From assembly GCA_030390025.1 (NCBI GenBank), contig CM059432.1:124250001-124314000 (forward strand): 64,000 bases of DNA, written 5' to 3'. The notes beneath the pieces were generated by a model. The model worked only from the letters and a program-made list of their open reading frames with translations, did no database searches and had not been told where the DNA came from. The position numbers and the translations under genes were made by a program. Shown here one piece after another: positions 11,564-24,000 of the stretch (positions are counted from its first letter, which is position 1; each line of letters begins with the position of its first letter). Origin of the DNA: Squalus acanthias (Eukaryota).

Positions 11564-12044
11564 AAATCTGGATTACATCTCTTTTCACAAAAAACTGAAT
11601 GCAATAAAGAGTAGCAAAGCTAAATCCCCACAGATGTAACCCAGGTCTCTTGTACTGCGTTTATTAAGGTGTGGGTTATTGGATGTCAAATTTTATATTA
11701 CTGTTGATGACCCTCTTGATAAAGGTAACTTGGGCCAGACAGACAATGTTCAAAATTCTAGATATCGGGCCAGAGTTATAAAGTTTGACTATATAGATGT
11801 GATTCCTCCACTTGTGTGTGCCATTTTATAGTTTTTTTTTACCCCTGAATAACATTATTTGCCAGGAGGAGAGAAGAATATATAAATTTTTTCAAGTTGC
11901 ATTTGAATAATCCAGTCCAAATAATTAAAATTTTTACACATAGATATTTTCAAAAGGTGAACTCGGTCAAAGGAGCAGTAAGAGCACTATATCTGCACAA
12001 TCTGTCCTCACGCTAAAGAGGAAGGGGGTAATAAAAATAAAATA

Positions 12045-12270
12045 CCTGCAGCTCCTGTGCCCGATCGCTATCCAGAAATCCCTCTGGAAGTAGACATGTG
12101 TGGGTGTTGGATGAGGAGCTAGGGTCAGGTTTGTTTGTGATGCCCCTTGCTCTATCTTAAAACAGCTGATAACCACTGTCAAGGTTAATGCATGAGTCTG
12201 TTTACTTGGGAGAGGTGCGGGAGGTCTACTACCATTCCAACATGAGTCACAGCTTTCACGACAAGAAAGA
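12045..12270 (+). mobile_element. AmnSINE2-like SINE fragment
   Basis: cccgatcgctatccag...tgtgtgggtgttggatgagga...tgtgatgcccc shared with 2720-3070. Confidence 0.55.
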
Positions 12271-13751
12271 ATATAGCAGAAGGGAAATAAGTTTTACATA
12301 AACAAGGTATTTTGTGAACAGAAGCCACACTAGAAGAAGGTAAAATCCTGTATCGCTCCCACCTATAATTAATTCCTCTTACTTAAGAGAAAAGATTACA
12401 TTTCCCTCAAGAAGAATCTATCTCATCTGAACACGACAGTCTGACTTTAACAGAGAAGTGTTATCTATTGAAAACATAGTTTGATCAATTACCAGATCTC
12501 TAGGATGGGTTCAAGCCATTCATGAATCAAATGGGAACCAACCACTCACGGTTTGACAGAGAGACACCATCTATTCATTCAGCGCAATTGAACTGATACA
12601 TATTTCTGCAGAACTGGCATCTCTTAATGATGAACTATAGAGCGCAGACAAATGAGTACCTGCAAATCATGGAACATATTTTAGAGACAATCAGCAACAT
12701 ATTAACTGCCAGGCTTTTCAGGAATCTTCAGCAACATCTCTGGAGTTGATCTTGAAAACCAACACAAACTGGGGCGGGAGCATAGTCCATTCTTGGATAT
12801 AATCACCCCAGATGGGGCATTGGTGCATGTGACAGGGTAATCCTTCAGCCTTCTTTATGACAGATGTAAGGTCAAGGTCACCAATGAATAGCAGCACGTG
12901 GATCTTTAACAGTACACAGCCACACTCTTACATTTATTTTTCAGCTATATATGTTGGCAGGTACTTTTACACAAAGCCAAAACTAAAATCCATGTGAACA
13001 CTTCATAACTGATCTCATGATGATTAATAATTCCTACATTTTCAAATGCAGAAACAAAAATAGTAATAGTAGGAGAAATATTTTTAAGCTATTGCCAGAT
13101 GCATCAGGCCTCATGAGACACTGGAAACCATCTGTGAAGATGTTTTCTCAGTATTCACCTTCTAACAGCAAGCTTTATCAACGGGTTTCTGTGTATAACA
13201 ACCTGTTATATTATCCACAAAGCAATTTAAGATATGGATATATATGATTCATAAAACTGGGTTTCCGTTGACCAGCTGTTCCTCTCCCTGGGTGTTTGCT
13301 TTGACTGCGAGCAATGTTACACTCAAGATTGGTAAGCAGACAGCCATTTTATCATCATGATCCAATAGTTAACTGTAAAATTCCTGCAATTTGATTCTCT
13401 GCAGAGAAATTTTTTGCAGATCAGTGAACTTCAGCAATGCCATCCTGGTGTAGTCATTTACAGGTCCATTCATCCATTTAAATACAAAGCTTTATGGGTC
13501 CCAAACAGCTTCAGGAGTGAAACACTTCCTGTTGATAGTTTTACCCCCCAAAAATTGTAAGTACAAATCCTATTTCCATTCACACCAATTGTTGTGTTAA
13601 AATTGTTGACAGCAGGAATTTTCCCTCCCTCATTATGAATACAGTCCCCTGGTTTTGCACTTCTATGGATGCTGAGAAGTAAGATTTAATTTGGTTTCCT
13701 TTTTTATTTCAACAATCGCTTTATACCGTTGCGGTTAAGGATAATTTAGAT

Positions 13752-14260
13752 GGGCACCCAGATGGCTCAGTGGGTAAATACATCGGTATTGAGCCATACG
13801 GGTCAGGAAGGTGCCAGCACTGATCCATGGTCTGCACTGAGTTGATGACATCAGCTGTGGGGAGGTGCCTGGGCATAAATGGGCTGGAGTGGATCACCTG
13901 CCTGTTATGGATTGTCACCCCATTGACCGGGATGGAAATCGGACAACTTCTATAATGGGCAGGCTAGCCGCTCCATGACTGTCCAGGTGGCGAAGTTGAA
14001 AATGACCACACTTACCACTGTCCTTGGAGCCCTCACTAGTGAAGGGCAGCTTAATTGTTTAAGAAAATACATTGGTCAGTTGACCTGCTCCTGATCTCTA
14101 TCCAGTTATTCCTGCGTGGCTATTTGGTGAGGATAGGGGTAGGGCTCTGCTGTGATGCCACCATATAGAGAAAATAATGTGCCCAATACTCACTATGTGT
14201 TTGCCAGAAGAACTGTGTGTCTATTAATAGTTGTACAAGCATACGCCCACATGAGTCAAA
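13752..14260 (+). mobile_element. AmnSINE2-like SINE with tRNA head, interrupted at about 13870-14010
   Basis: A-box atggctcagtgg, gagccatac...caggaagg, then ctgctcctgatctctatccag...ggtgaggatagg...ctgtgatgcc. Confidence 0.6.
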
Positions 14261-14812
14261 GGAGGGGAGATGGGATAAAAATTAGATTTTTTTTCCCCAA
14301 AGATTTTTTCCAGAAAAATAACAAGACCGAGAATGACAGCTGAACTTTGTAGGTAACATGCATAGAGCACCCTTCAAAACTCTCTCCCAGGCAATGTAAT
14401 TCCATGGAGCTTGTACGCAGTTCAACAGGGCTTTAACCAGAGTTGTTGCGGCATGTATTAGGCTATGAGAAATCAGTGACTTGTGCACTGATACCTTAGT
14501 ACAACTTTCTTTCTGAACTTGTAGCAATGACCAGGGTCACGTTTTCAACATACCTGTTCTTGCTGCAAATGTCTCTTTCTGTACTTTACATTGTTTGAAA
14601 AATAAAAGATTTAAAACATAAAGCCAAAACAGCAGTTAAATGAGATTTCTTTTAGAAAGACGATTGTGTGTTAATAGAGAGAACTTCAGATTTGAATCCT
14701 CAACATTTAAGTCATAGGTTTCAAGGCCTACCTTCCTATCCTACATTCAGTGGGAGGCTCACACAGGAGATTGCAATCTCCCATCTTCTTTGGCTGTGAG
14801 AGTAAATACCGG

Positions 14813-15305
14813 CATAAGAACATAAGACATAGGAGCAGGAGTAGGTCATTTGGCCCCTCGAGCCTGCTCCGCCATTCAATAAGATCATGGCTGATCTGAT
14901 CTTGGCCTCAACTCCTCTTCCCTGCCCGCTCCCCATAATCCTTGACTCCCTTACCATTCAAAAATCTGTCTATCTCCACCTTAAATATATTCAATGACCC
15001 AGCCTCCACAGCTCTCTGGGGAAGAGAATTCCAAAGATTCACGACCTTCTGAGAGAAGAAATTCTTCCTCATTTCCATTTTAAATGGGTGCCCCCTTATT
15101 CTGAAATTATGCCCCCTAGTTCTAGATTCCCCCACGAGGGGAAACATCCTCTCTGCATCTACCCTGTCAAGCCCCTTCAGAATCTTATATGTTTCAGAAA
15201 GATCCCCTCTCATTCTTCTAAACTCCAATGAGTATAGGCCCAACCTGCTCAACCTTTCTTCATAAGACAACCCCTTCATCTCCGGAATCAACCTCGTGAA
15301 CCTTC
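14813..15305 (-). mobile_element. CR1 LINE 3' end
   Basis: ORF2 C-terminus (RFTRLIPEMKGLSYEERLSRLGLYSLEFRRMRGDL...WNSLP) and cataagaa-type tail repeat. Confidence 0.93.
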
Positions 15306-15379
15306 CTGTCCTTTTCCTCAACGGATAGTCAGAGAAAACAGAAGAACACTATGCAACATTAGTAGCAGGATATCAAAGC

Positions 15380-16070
15380 AATTGGAAAGGTGCAGTGTAG
15401 ATTTACTACAATGTTACCAGAGATAAAAGGTTACAGAAACAAAGAAATACTTTGAAAGTTAGAACCTTTTTCTGAGAAGGTTAAGTGGTGACCTGATAGA
15501 AATCTTAAAAATTAAAGAAAAAGAAAGACTTACATTTATATGGTGCCTTTCACAACCTCAGTATGTCTCAAAGCACTTTACAGTCAATTAAGCCCTTCTG
15601 AAGTGAAGTCACTATTGTAACTTAGGAAATGTGGCAGCCAATTTGCACACAGTAAGGTCCCGCAAACAGCAATGCGATAATGACCAGATAATCTGTTTTA
15701 GTGATGTTGGTTGAGGGAATAAATATTGGCGAGTACAAATATTAAGTAAATTAGGTAAATATTGATAGATTGTTTTCACTAGGCATGAGATTGCAACATG
15801 AGAAAACAAATTTAAGATCGTCACAAAAAGAATTAAAAGAACAGTAAAAATAAATCTTTATACAATAGTTAGAATGTGGAATTCTCTGCCGCAAACCATT
15901 GCAGATGCCAAGTCCATAAATCTTTTTTAAAAGGGAATTGTCCCTTGAAAAAGCATGATATTAAAGGTATGGGGAATGAGCAGGACATTGGATTAGGTGA
16001 CTCATGGAGAAAAGCATCACATAAATCTGATGAGCCAAATAGCCTGTTTCTGTTCTGTAATGTTCTAGGA
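15380..16070 (+). mobile_element. Old CR1 LINE 3' fragment interrupted by a Deu-SINE fragment
   Basis: Decayed aaggtgcag..agatttactacaatg...agaaggttaagtggtgacctgataga, resuming after about 15750 with gttagaatgtggaattctctgcc and a gatgagccaaatagcctg tail. Confidence 0.65.
15515..15732 (-). mobile_element. Deu-domain SINE 3' half
   Basis: Reverse complement of the Deu body and tail at 32860-32983 and 34978-35072 (cagataatctgttttagtgatgttggttgaggga). Confidence 0.8.
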
Positions 16071-16249
16071 AGCATCCTGTGTACAGTCTGTAAGACCTGT
16101 AGGGGTGGATTTCTCAATGAGTGGAATTTAGGTGGATGGACAGCGGAACATGTAGACTGGCCAACCATTTTCAGGGCCCGGCCTCAACAGCATCAGGATG
16201 CGAGCTGCGGCCTGAGACCAAGCACTGTGGGAAAGCCCGCCAGCTGCTG

Positions 16250-16640
16250 GGCCATCACAACATCGGGGAGTCATTGGCAAGGCTGGCATTTATTGCCCTT
16301 CCCCAGTTGCCCTTCTCTTTGAACTGCTGCAGCAGTTTGATACAACTGTGAGGCTTGCTAGACCATGTCAGAGGGCAGTTAAGAGTCAACCACGTTTGGT
16401 ATGGGACTGAAGTCACATGTGGGCCAGACTGAGTAAGGACCACAGGTTTCTTTCCCTAAAGCAACCAATTAGGTTTTTACAACAATCCGACCCAGCTTCA
16501 TGGTCATTTTTACACTGATACCAGCTTTTTAGTTCAAATTTTTTTAACTGAATTCAATTCTCAAACTGGCAAAGGTGGGATTTGAATTCACATTCTCTGC
16601 ATTATTAGTCCAAGCCTCTGAATTACTAGTCCAGTTACAT
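16250..16640 (-). mobile_element. tRNA-derived SINE (same family as 4470-4805)
   Basis: gcatttattgccc, agagggcagttaagagtcaaccac and ggtgggatttgaa are the reverse complement of the 30292-30547 motifs plus the tRNA head. Confidence 0.75.
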
Positions 16641-16649
16641 AACCCCTAA

Positions 16650-17215
16650 ATACATAAGACAAGTAGCCAGGTATATCACTTTAAAAGGACTAATTCAATG
16701 GAATGAGGCAAAAACTGAAACAAACAGACTGGGGGAGTTTGCGCACGTCAATAGAGGGCAAGTGAAACACTGTTAAAGGCAAAATGCCGAGCATGCAGGA
16801 TAAATATATATCAAAAATCAACACGCTCAGGCTGAACAAATGTGACCCAGAATGGATTAACAAAAAGTTAAAGTGAGATAAAAGGAAAAATAACTGTTAC
16901 AAATCCCGCAGAGAGAAAAGAAGAAGGGTTCGTTGGAATGAATATAATAAAATGCAGAAACACGTTAAAGCTTAATCAGAGGGGCAAAGAGACACTGAAA
17001 AAGCATAGCAGCAGAGGATAAACATAAGAGTTGAGAATACTATAACAGTAAGAGAGCAGTCAGAGAAGGGTAAAAGCCATAAAAAGGCAAATGGCATCAA
17101 AACTAATAACAAGCACAAGACAGTCAATATTCTGAATGAGGGTAGGTAGGAGATTTGTGAGGAACTGAGAATTCTTCTGAGGGAATCACTGGACCCTTAC
17201 GAGGTATCAGGCCCT
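16650..17215 (+). mobile_element. Very decayed CR1 ORF2 fragment (region between endonuclease and RT)
   Basis: Frameshifted peptides FKRTN/NGMRQKLKQTDW, PEWINKK and LIRGAKR resemble the CR1 ORF2 linker; A-rich. Confidence 0.5.
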
Positions 17216-17264
17216 ACACCTCTCCCATTACAACCCCCAATTGTGCTAAAATAATAAAAGGGTT

Positions 17265-17680
17265 CTTGCCTCTATTACTCTCTCAGGGAACCTGTTCCAT
17301 GTGTTGATCACTCTGAAAACAAAAGTTTCTTGTAATGTCGTAAGTATCCCTTTTACTGGTTTGAGCCTGTGTCTCCTTATAGTATGCTTATAATTTATTT
17401 TAAAGTGATATTCTAGATTTAACTTTTTCGTACCTTCAGCTATCTTAATACCTCTATAAGATCATCGCTCAGATTTCTAAGCTGAAAAGCCTAGCTTTCT
17501 CCAGTCTTTCCTCAACTCAAACTTTTAACACTGGAGATCAGCCTCATGGCTGTTCTCTGTATTGCCTTCAGCATATCTCTCTTTTGTCTTGTGACCTGAA
17601 CTGGACAGAATAATCAAGATGAGGTCTGACCACAGCATTTTATATTTTGGTTATGTAATTCAACATTCCTTTGGCATTGG
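17265..17680 (-). mobile_element. Decayed CR1 3' fragment
   Basis: ctgttccatgtgttgatcactctg, cctctataagatca and gaactggacagaataatcaagatgaggtctgacc match reverse-complement CR1 ORF2 motifs. Confidence 0.65.
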
Positions 17681-17689
17681 TCCTCTGCA

Positions 17690-18245
17690 GTTAAAATGAA
17701 ATGGCTCCATTCCCGTCAATCTGCGACTTTAACGCCATTGGTTTTAGCGGTGGATAAGGCTCCCCCTCATGATGTACACAGGACCCCAATGGAATTTTTA
17801 ACCTGCTCCTGAGCAGGGTGCCTGCCCTGGTCAGGAAGCCAGGTAGGCTACTGAAGGCTAGTTTTAAAAAAACTTTCCTTAGTGAGGCCCAGAGAAGCAG
17901 GAGGGCTATTATGGGCCCCACAAGATAAATCTGGGCCTCTGCTGCCCTGAGCTCCACCACTCGCCCCCCCCCCCCCCACCCCCCATCAATGAGATCCTCG
18001 CAACAACCCCCTCTCAGACTTATCCGAGTGCCAGAAGCCTTCTTCCCAAGCCGGTGGGAAGCCGCCAACCCACCCGATCTTTGTCCTCTCCCACCGGCTA
18101 GCTTTTCTTTGGAAATGGCCGAGCAGCTGACAGCAGGCATTCAAATGAGGCCTGACAGTTCAACTCTGACAGGCCTCCAACTCCAGCCACTGTGCAGGAT
18201 TGCTGTCCACTCCCGCTGGCTTGCGCCAGGAGTTAAGACCAGCCC
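17690..18245. mobile_element. Harbinger-type MITE, partial
   Basis: Right end gttaagaccagccc; internal motifs (cattcaaatgaggcc, agaagcaggag) shared with other MITEs in the window. Confidence 0.5.
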
Positions 18246-19984
18246 TCTAGGTCTTGTCCAGTGTTTAAACTCAATTTGTTCTAAATGATTTGAATTGACC
18301 CAATACCCATCTTGAAGTTCCTTGTGATGTCACCCATATCCTTAGAATGCACAGTTTTGATGAGTGGCTTTATTATAAGTAGCCATGAATTGCTTACAGC
18401 CCTTTGACATCCTTTCCTATATGTTGGCACTGCAAAGTAGAAAATGGTCAGTTCCGCTACATTATCATTTTTTTCCCTGATATGCAAACGCAGACACCAG
18501 AAATAAAACCTTTCCTTTCAATAGCTATTTTTCTGGTGAGATGGCTGGGAGAGAGATTAAGAGATATTTCCCTGGTCTGCTTAGTATCATACTTGGAAAA
18601 TTAAATATTCAAAGTAATCAAAGAAAACGTATGCAACTTAGTCATGGATTTTAAACAGACTTGACTTCAACTAGTAATGCCTGATAAAAAAAATCACCCA
18701 TATGAGCAAAGTGCAGTCAATAGGTGAAAGTGGATCGGCATTATAGAAAGTTGTATTTATTATTCATTTGACAACATAATATATAGAACAGCTGGTCAGC
18801 TCACTAACGCGATTATGAAATACTCATGACTCAGATATTACTGGAAAATTTATTATGACATTTTAGAAAATGTAATTACCTCCACGGCAATGATTATAAA
18901 GCCGTAATAACTGTGCAGCTTGTACATTCCCAATGACTTCTCAAAGTCATATTAGATTTTAATGCTTTATTTGTAATTATATATTTTTTAACAAGATAGT
19001 TTTCAATCATTACAAATAATTTGGTTAAAGTTAACTTTACTTGTTCTGTTTTCAGGGTAAATCCTCAAAAATATTCAAGATTTTAAATTCTTTTATGATA
19101 CTTCTGCAAAATTGCATGAAGGAGTCAAAAAATGCATAAGGCTGATCAGGCCATACTGGCGCATTAACAACTTAGTTGTGCCCTATTAACATAAAACCTT
19201 GGGCTTGTAAATAGCAATCTTGCGTCACATGCTTGTCACTGTCCGATCAGCAAGGAATAGTGAGCTCAGATTAGGCAAAGCTTTGAGCGTGGGTTTTTTG
19301 CTGATAAGCATCACACTTAGGATACCTGCTTTGCAGAGATCATGAGAAGGCACATGTTGGGAAAATGATAGAGCGGGGAGGTAGCTGGAAAGGCTTAAGT
19401 TTGGGGAATTTGAAGATGGGGTAGTTGTCTGGTTGAGGAAGCAGAGAAAGGAGAATTACATGATTATATTACACTCTCATGTGAGGATGATACAGATCCA
19501 ACATTTGGATTAGCAATCAAGATTCTCCACAAAGCAAGCTTCCAGCCTCAGCCATGCTATTAAGAGGCAATGTGGAAGGAAGGCCCGGTGTTTCCCCATA
19601 GGCAATGGGGACAAGGAAATCAAAGGCTCAGTCACCCTGGGGTGCTCTCTCACATAATGTTCGTGGGAAGATCTATTGAAGCTTTGACAGTGGCCTCAAA
19701 ATCCACCCTTTCAGCTGGGCAAAGGGTATTGAATGGAGAGACTTGACAGGGAAAGGAAGGCGAGAAAACAAGAAAATAATTTAACTGAAAAAAAAAGGCC
19801 AAAATGGAAGTTTAAACTGAGCCTTGGTGAAGCGAACATTATTTGAGCAATCCTTTGAAAATAATTTTCTTAATATGATTAATTTGTGCAGCAGTCTGTT
19901 TCAAAATAACACTGAATGATTGCATGAGCTGTATTGTACACAATATTTTGAGGTGATTGTTTTTCATTTTGCAGTTTTTTTCTT

Positions 19985-20343
19985 TTGACAGAGGTGTTTA
20001 AGATCATGAAGGGTTTCGATAGAGTAAATAAAGAGAAACTGCATCTAATGGCTGAGGGGTCAATAACCAGAGGGCACAGATTTAAGGTGACATGAGGAAA
20101 AACTTTTTTACTCAACGAGTGGTTAGGATTTGGAATGCACTGCCTGATAGGGTGGTGGATACAGAATCAATAGTAGCCTTCAAAAGGGAATTGGATAAAT
20201 ACTTGAAGGAGAAAAAATTGCAGGGATATGGGGAAAGAGCAGGGGAGTGGGACTGACTGGATTGCTTCATTGAAAGAGCCGGCGCAGGCTCGATGGGCTG
20301 AATGGCCTCCTTCTGTGCTGCACTATTCTATGATTCTATGATC
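19985..20343 (+). mobile_element. CR1 LINE 3' end
   Basis: gaggtgtttaagatcatgaaggg...tggaatgcactgcc...ggcctccttctgtgctg, ending in attctatg repeats. Confidence 0.9.
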
Positions 20344-20792
20344 TGTCAGCTGATTTCTTTACAATAGGAAGCATGGTGACAGTTCAATGATCAATAATTT
20401 CACTTAGTATTTAATGCAAACACTTTGCTGAATCTGCAAAAGGGAAAAGAAAGCAAATATATGTTATAAATAACTGAAGAGTTAATTCTGCAATCGGATG
20501 CTGCTGGCGGGAGCACAGGAAGCACATGATAGAGAACTGGGGCTCCAGTTACCTCACTGCTGGGAGCATGGCGTGACTGAGTGAAGAAACTGTGTACCAC
20601 ATGAAAATGAATGGCAAATCTAACACAAGTAGACAAAAGGACATTATTTTTTATTCCCTCATTCTTTCACCATAGACAATTATTCAGCTGCAAGGGCGGG
20701 CAGTTAACAAGCACACAACCTGCTCTCTGAAGTCAGTGATCAAGAGGAGCATCGCCTTCATGACTCTACCAAGTTCCCTGTGGAGAAACACT

Positions 20793-21003
20793 CTTCTTCT
20801 TCTTAGGCAGTCCCTCAGAACCGAGGATGACTTGCTTCCACATTAAAAATAAGTTCTCAGGTGACTGAAGAGTCCAATGCGGGACCGACAGTCTCTGTCA
20901 CAGGTGGGGCAGACGGTGGTTGAAGGGGCGGGTGGGTGGGGTGCTTGGGTTGACGTGCGCTCCTTGCGCTGCTTGCGCTTGGCTTCTGCTTGCTCCCGGT
21001 GAA
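20793..21003 (-). mobile_element. RTE-clade LINE 3' end with 10-bp TSD
   Basis: Peptide CPTCDRDCRSRIGLFSHLRT (RTE C-terminal motif), (AAG)n tail, and direct repeat gagaaacact at 20783-20792 and 21004-21013. Confidence 0.88.
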
Positions 21004-21132
21004 GAGAAACACTAAGCAACAGCACAAAGCCTCCCTCTGATGTTCCTGCCAGGATCAGGCACTCATTGTGAAAGGGAATCAGGAAGAGTTTTGTTATGCA
21101 AAATAAATGGCAACAAGCGAGCTCAATGCATT

Positions 21133-21235
21133 GGAACATAGGAACAGGAGTAGGCCCTCCGGCCCCTCGAACCTATTCTGCCATTCAATTAGATCATGGC
21201 TGATCTGAACCTGAACTCCATTTACCCACCTTTGA
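21133..21235 (-). mobile_element. CR1 3' UTR fragment
   Basis: acataggaacaggagtaggcc...ccattcaattagatcatggctgatctg. Confidence 0.8.
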
Positions 21236-21381
21236 TGCGGTTACAAATATTTTGGAACTTTTGGTGGCATTGTGAAAATCTGTCCACTGAACCTTTAACT
21301 GGAAGGGTAATTGCTTTACTACTGTTGTAACGGTTTCAGTTATTTACCCAAACAGGCAAATATTTTTGTTTCAAAGCTTAT

Positions 21382-22910
21382 GGGCTAGAAATTGGGTTCC
21401 TTTGTGCCTCCCGTTAGCGCCTCCAGGGGGTGGCATTTGCGACCGGGCGCGGAGGTATCAACGCCTCCCTCTAAATTCGGCGGGAGGTTTGCAGCGGCGG
21501 TAAGACATGGTGCCCTGATCTCCTGCGCCCGGAGATCGTGATGTCATTGCCGTGCACAGCGCCCCAGTAGCGCCCCGGATGAAAAATTCCCTCTCGCCCC
21601 CTGCTTGTGCGCCTGCTGTTAACGACAGGTAGAAGAGGCGGCTTCCAGTCGGATGTACCCTGGAGGAGCGCTATTTAAAGGCGTCCACTTCCGGTGCAGT
21701 TTTCGTCGGCCAACAATGCTACGTTGTCAATTTCACTTTGGCAAAGAGGCCTTTTGACCGATTTGAGCATTTCGCGTATTAACGAGTGTTGTGGCACATG
21801 AAGATTGTTGAGTTTCATTGAGGGGAGATTTGAGAGTGCAATATTTGTTTCCTTTCATGGGGGCTGTACTGGCACTGGACCTCGCCCTCCAGCGTCAACG
21901 TCGGAGGCAACTGAGGCACAGAGAAAGAGTGCAACATGTGGCCAGAGGTAGGAGGGTCAACAGGGCTCTCAACAGGAGGCCTTACTGACCCAGGGTATTC
22001 CAACAACAGTTCTCTTACATGAATCTCACTGAGGATCAGTGTGCTAGAAGGCTCCGCTTCATCAAGGATGTGGTCACAGAGCTCTGCCACCTCCTGCAGA
22101 TAGATCTCGAGCCTCAGATCAGGACCACCACGGCTCTCTCAGTGGCAGTCAAGGTCACCGTCGCCCTCAATTTCTACGCCAGCGGATCATTCCAATGTGC
22201 GGCAGGCGACACCTCCAACATCTCCCAGTTTGCCGTCCATTGCTACATCCGCCAGGTCACCGATGCTCTGTACAGAAGGAGAAGGGACTACATTTCCTTC
22301 CACATGACCAGAGAGAAGCAGCGTGAGCGTGTATGCGGCTTTGCCAGGATAGCAGGCTTCCCCATGGTGCAGGGCGCCATTGGCTGCGCCCTCGTCGCTT
22401 TGTGGGCACCTCATAAAAATCCTGAGGTATTCCGTAACCGCAAAGGCTACCGACACTTAATGTGCAGTTGGTGTGTGACCACACATGACAAATCCTGACC
22501 ATCAATGCCCACTATCCTGGCAGCAGCCACGATGCCTTCATCCTGTGCCAGACCGGTGTGCCAGATCTATTCCAGCCGCCACATCAAGCTCGTGGCTGGC
22601 TGGTTGGAGACAAGTGCTATCCGCTCTCCACCTGGCTGATGACTCCCCTCCGCACCCCCAACACTCGTGCCCAGCACTCATACAATGAGAGCCATGCTGC
22701 CACCAGGAACATCATTGAGCAGACCATCAGAGTGCTGAAGCAATGGTTCTGCTGCCTTGACCACTCAGGAGGAGGCCTCCAGTACTCGGCTGAGTGGGTA
22801 TCACTTTTCGTCGTCGTCTGCTGCATGCTGCACAACTTGGCCATTATGAGGGCGCAGGAGGAGGAGAATGAGGATGAGGACGAGGATGAAGAGGAGGAGG
22901 AGGAGGAGGA
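21382..22910 (+). mobile_element. Truncated PIF/Harbinger transposon (left TIR plus transposase)
   Basis: Begins gggctagaaattgg (TIR-like), CpG-rich leader, then the transposase; no matching right TIR found. Confidence 0.75.
21857..22910 (+). pseudogene. Harbinger DDE transposase (HARBI1-like) pseudogene
   Basis: The ATG at 21857 is in frame with ORF 22019-22498 (ALNFYASGSFQ, GFPMVQGAIGC, FRNRKGY). It continues frameshifted into YPGSSHDAFIL, WLVGDKCYPL, NIIEQTI and CCMLHNLAI. In-frame stops, a frameshift near 22450 and GAID>GAIG loss of the first catalytic Asp. Confidence 0.92.
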
Positions 22911-24000
22911 GTTTTCAATGACTCTCCATTGCTCTGAATAGGTGACAGCTGCAAAAGTGGTATAAAAGCTACCATTTCACAGCTGTTCACTTTTCAATGT
23001 TAGAAGCTGGAGCCTTCAGGATTTGGAATACACTTTTCAGCTTTATGCAAGTTGGAAGTGCTTGGAGTAAACTCTCTATCCACTGTCACCTCCTTGGAGC
23101 AACCTCTCTCACCACTGACAGATTGCTTCTGTCATTTCAACCTCACCTGCCATCTATTCCAGCAACATCGGTACCCTCGGAAAAAATCTCACCTTGGTCC
23201 TCAGAATCCCACCACGATCAGCCCCAACACCAACATCACCGGGCACACCAGTATCACCAACAACAACACCAACCTGCTCCGAAATCAACTGATGCTGCAC
23301 AGGACAGAGGGCATTAGCACCCGACCACATTGCTGCCCGGGACCCAGGGATGGTCTCACCATGGCCAGATTTACTTCACTTGATGCTGTACACCCTGGCT
23401 GCCACATGATGCGTCAGGGTGGCACCATTCCAGACCAACACCATAAAGCATCCTTACAATGCCCAAGCCATTCCTTTCAAACACATTACCATTGGGTGGT
23501 GGGGGGGGGGGACGTTATGTCTCACCATTCACTGCAACTCACTAAGCCACTTCCAAAGGTGCACACAGATCTGTCCAAGAACGCAAAGTGATAATGTAGA
23601 TATAGAGGGATGGGTGGAGGTGCAAGGTAAGTTGGTGTGAGTAAGGATGTAAAGGGGTAGGGTAGGGAAGGCAGAGTGATGGGGATGTGATGAGTGGCAC
23701 AGCAGGATGAGGTTGAGTGTGGCTTTGCAGTAACGTTTCATGATCTAATGAGATCATTGAAAGGTTTGCGCCACTGCAGCCTGGTCTTCCTAACGACATC
23801 CCTGCTTTGCCCTCCTGTGCAATGTGCAACCAGGCTGCGTTGGTGTCCTGGGTAGGTCTCTTCCGCCCATTGGAAGGGAAGAGAACCTCCCTGCATGCTG
23901 TGACTCCCTCCATAAGCATATGGAGGGAGTCATCATGGGAGAGCCTGGGTACAGCCGTGCACTTCTGTGCAGTGATTGTCAGTGTTTGCAGCACCTCAAA
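22911..24000. mobile_element. Non-autonomous Harbinger fragment (family of 5766-7520), both ends missing
   Basis: Colinear with 6200-7265 and with the reverse complement of 62030-63240; frameshifted Myb-like exon on the minus strand at about 23745-23960. Confidence 0.85.

Noticed and set aside
11208..11565. Two opposite-strand ORFs sharing the peptide ERALSTDAAWPAEYFQHFLLLF
   Set aside because: A direct consequence of the DNA palindrome, not a gene pair.
12869..12880. AGGTCAAGGTCA nuclear-receptor-like direct repeat
   Set aside because: A single short motif without conservation or chromatin evidence.
21857..22941. Host HARBI1 gene
   Set aside because: Stops, a frameshift, a mutated catalytic Asp and an adjacent TIR-like end indicate a dead transposon copy.
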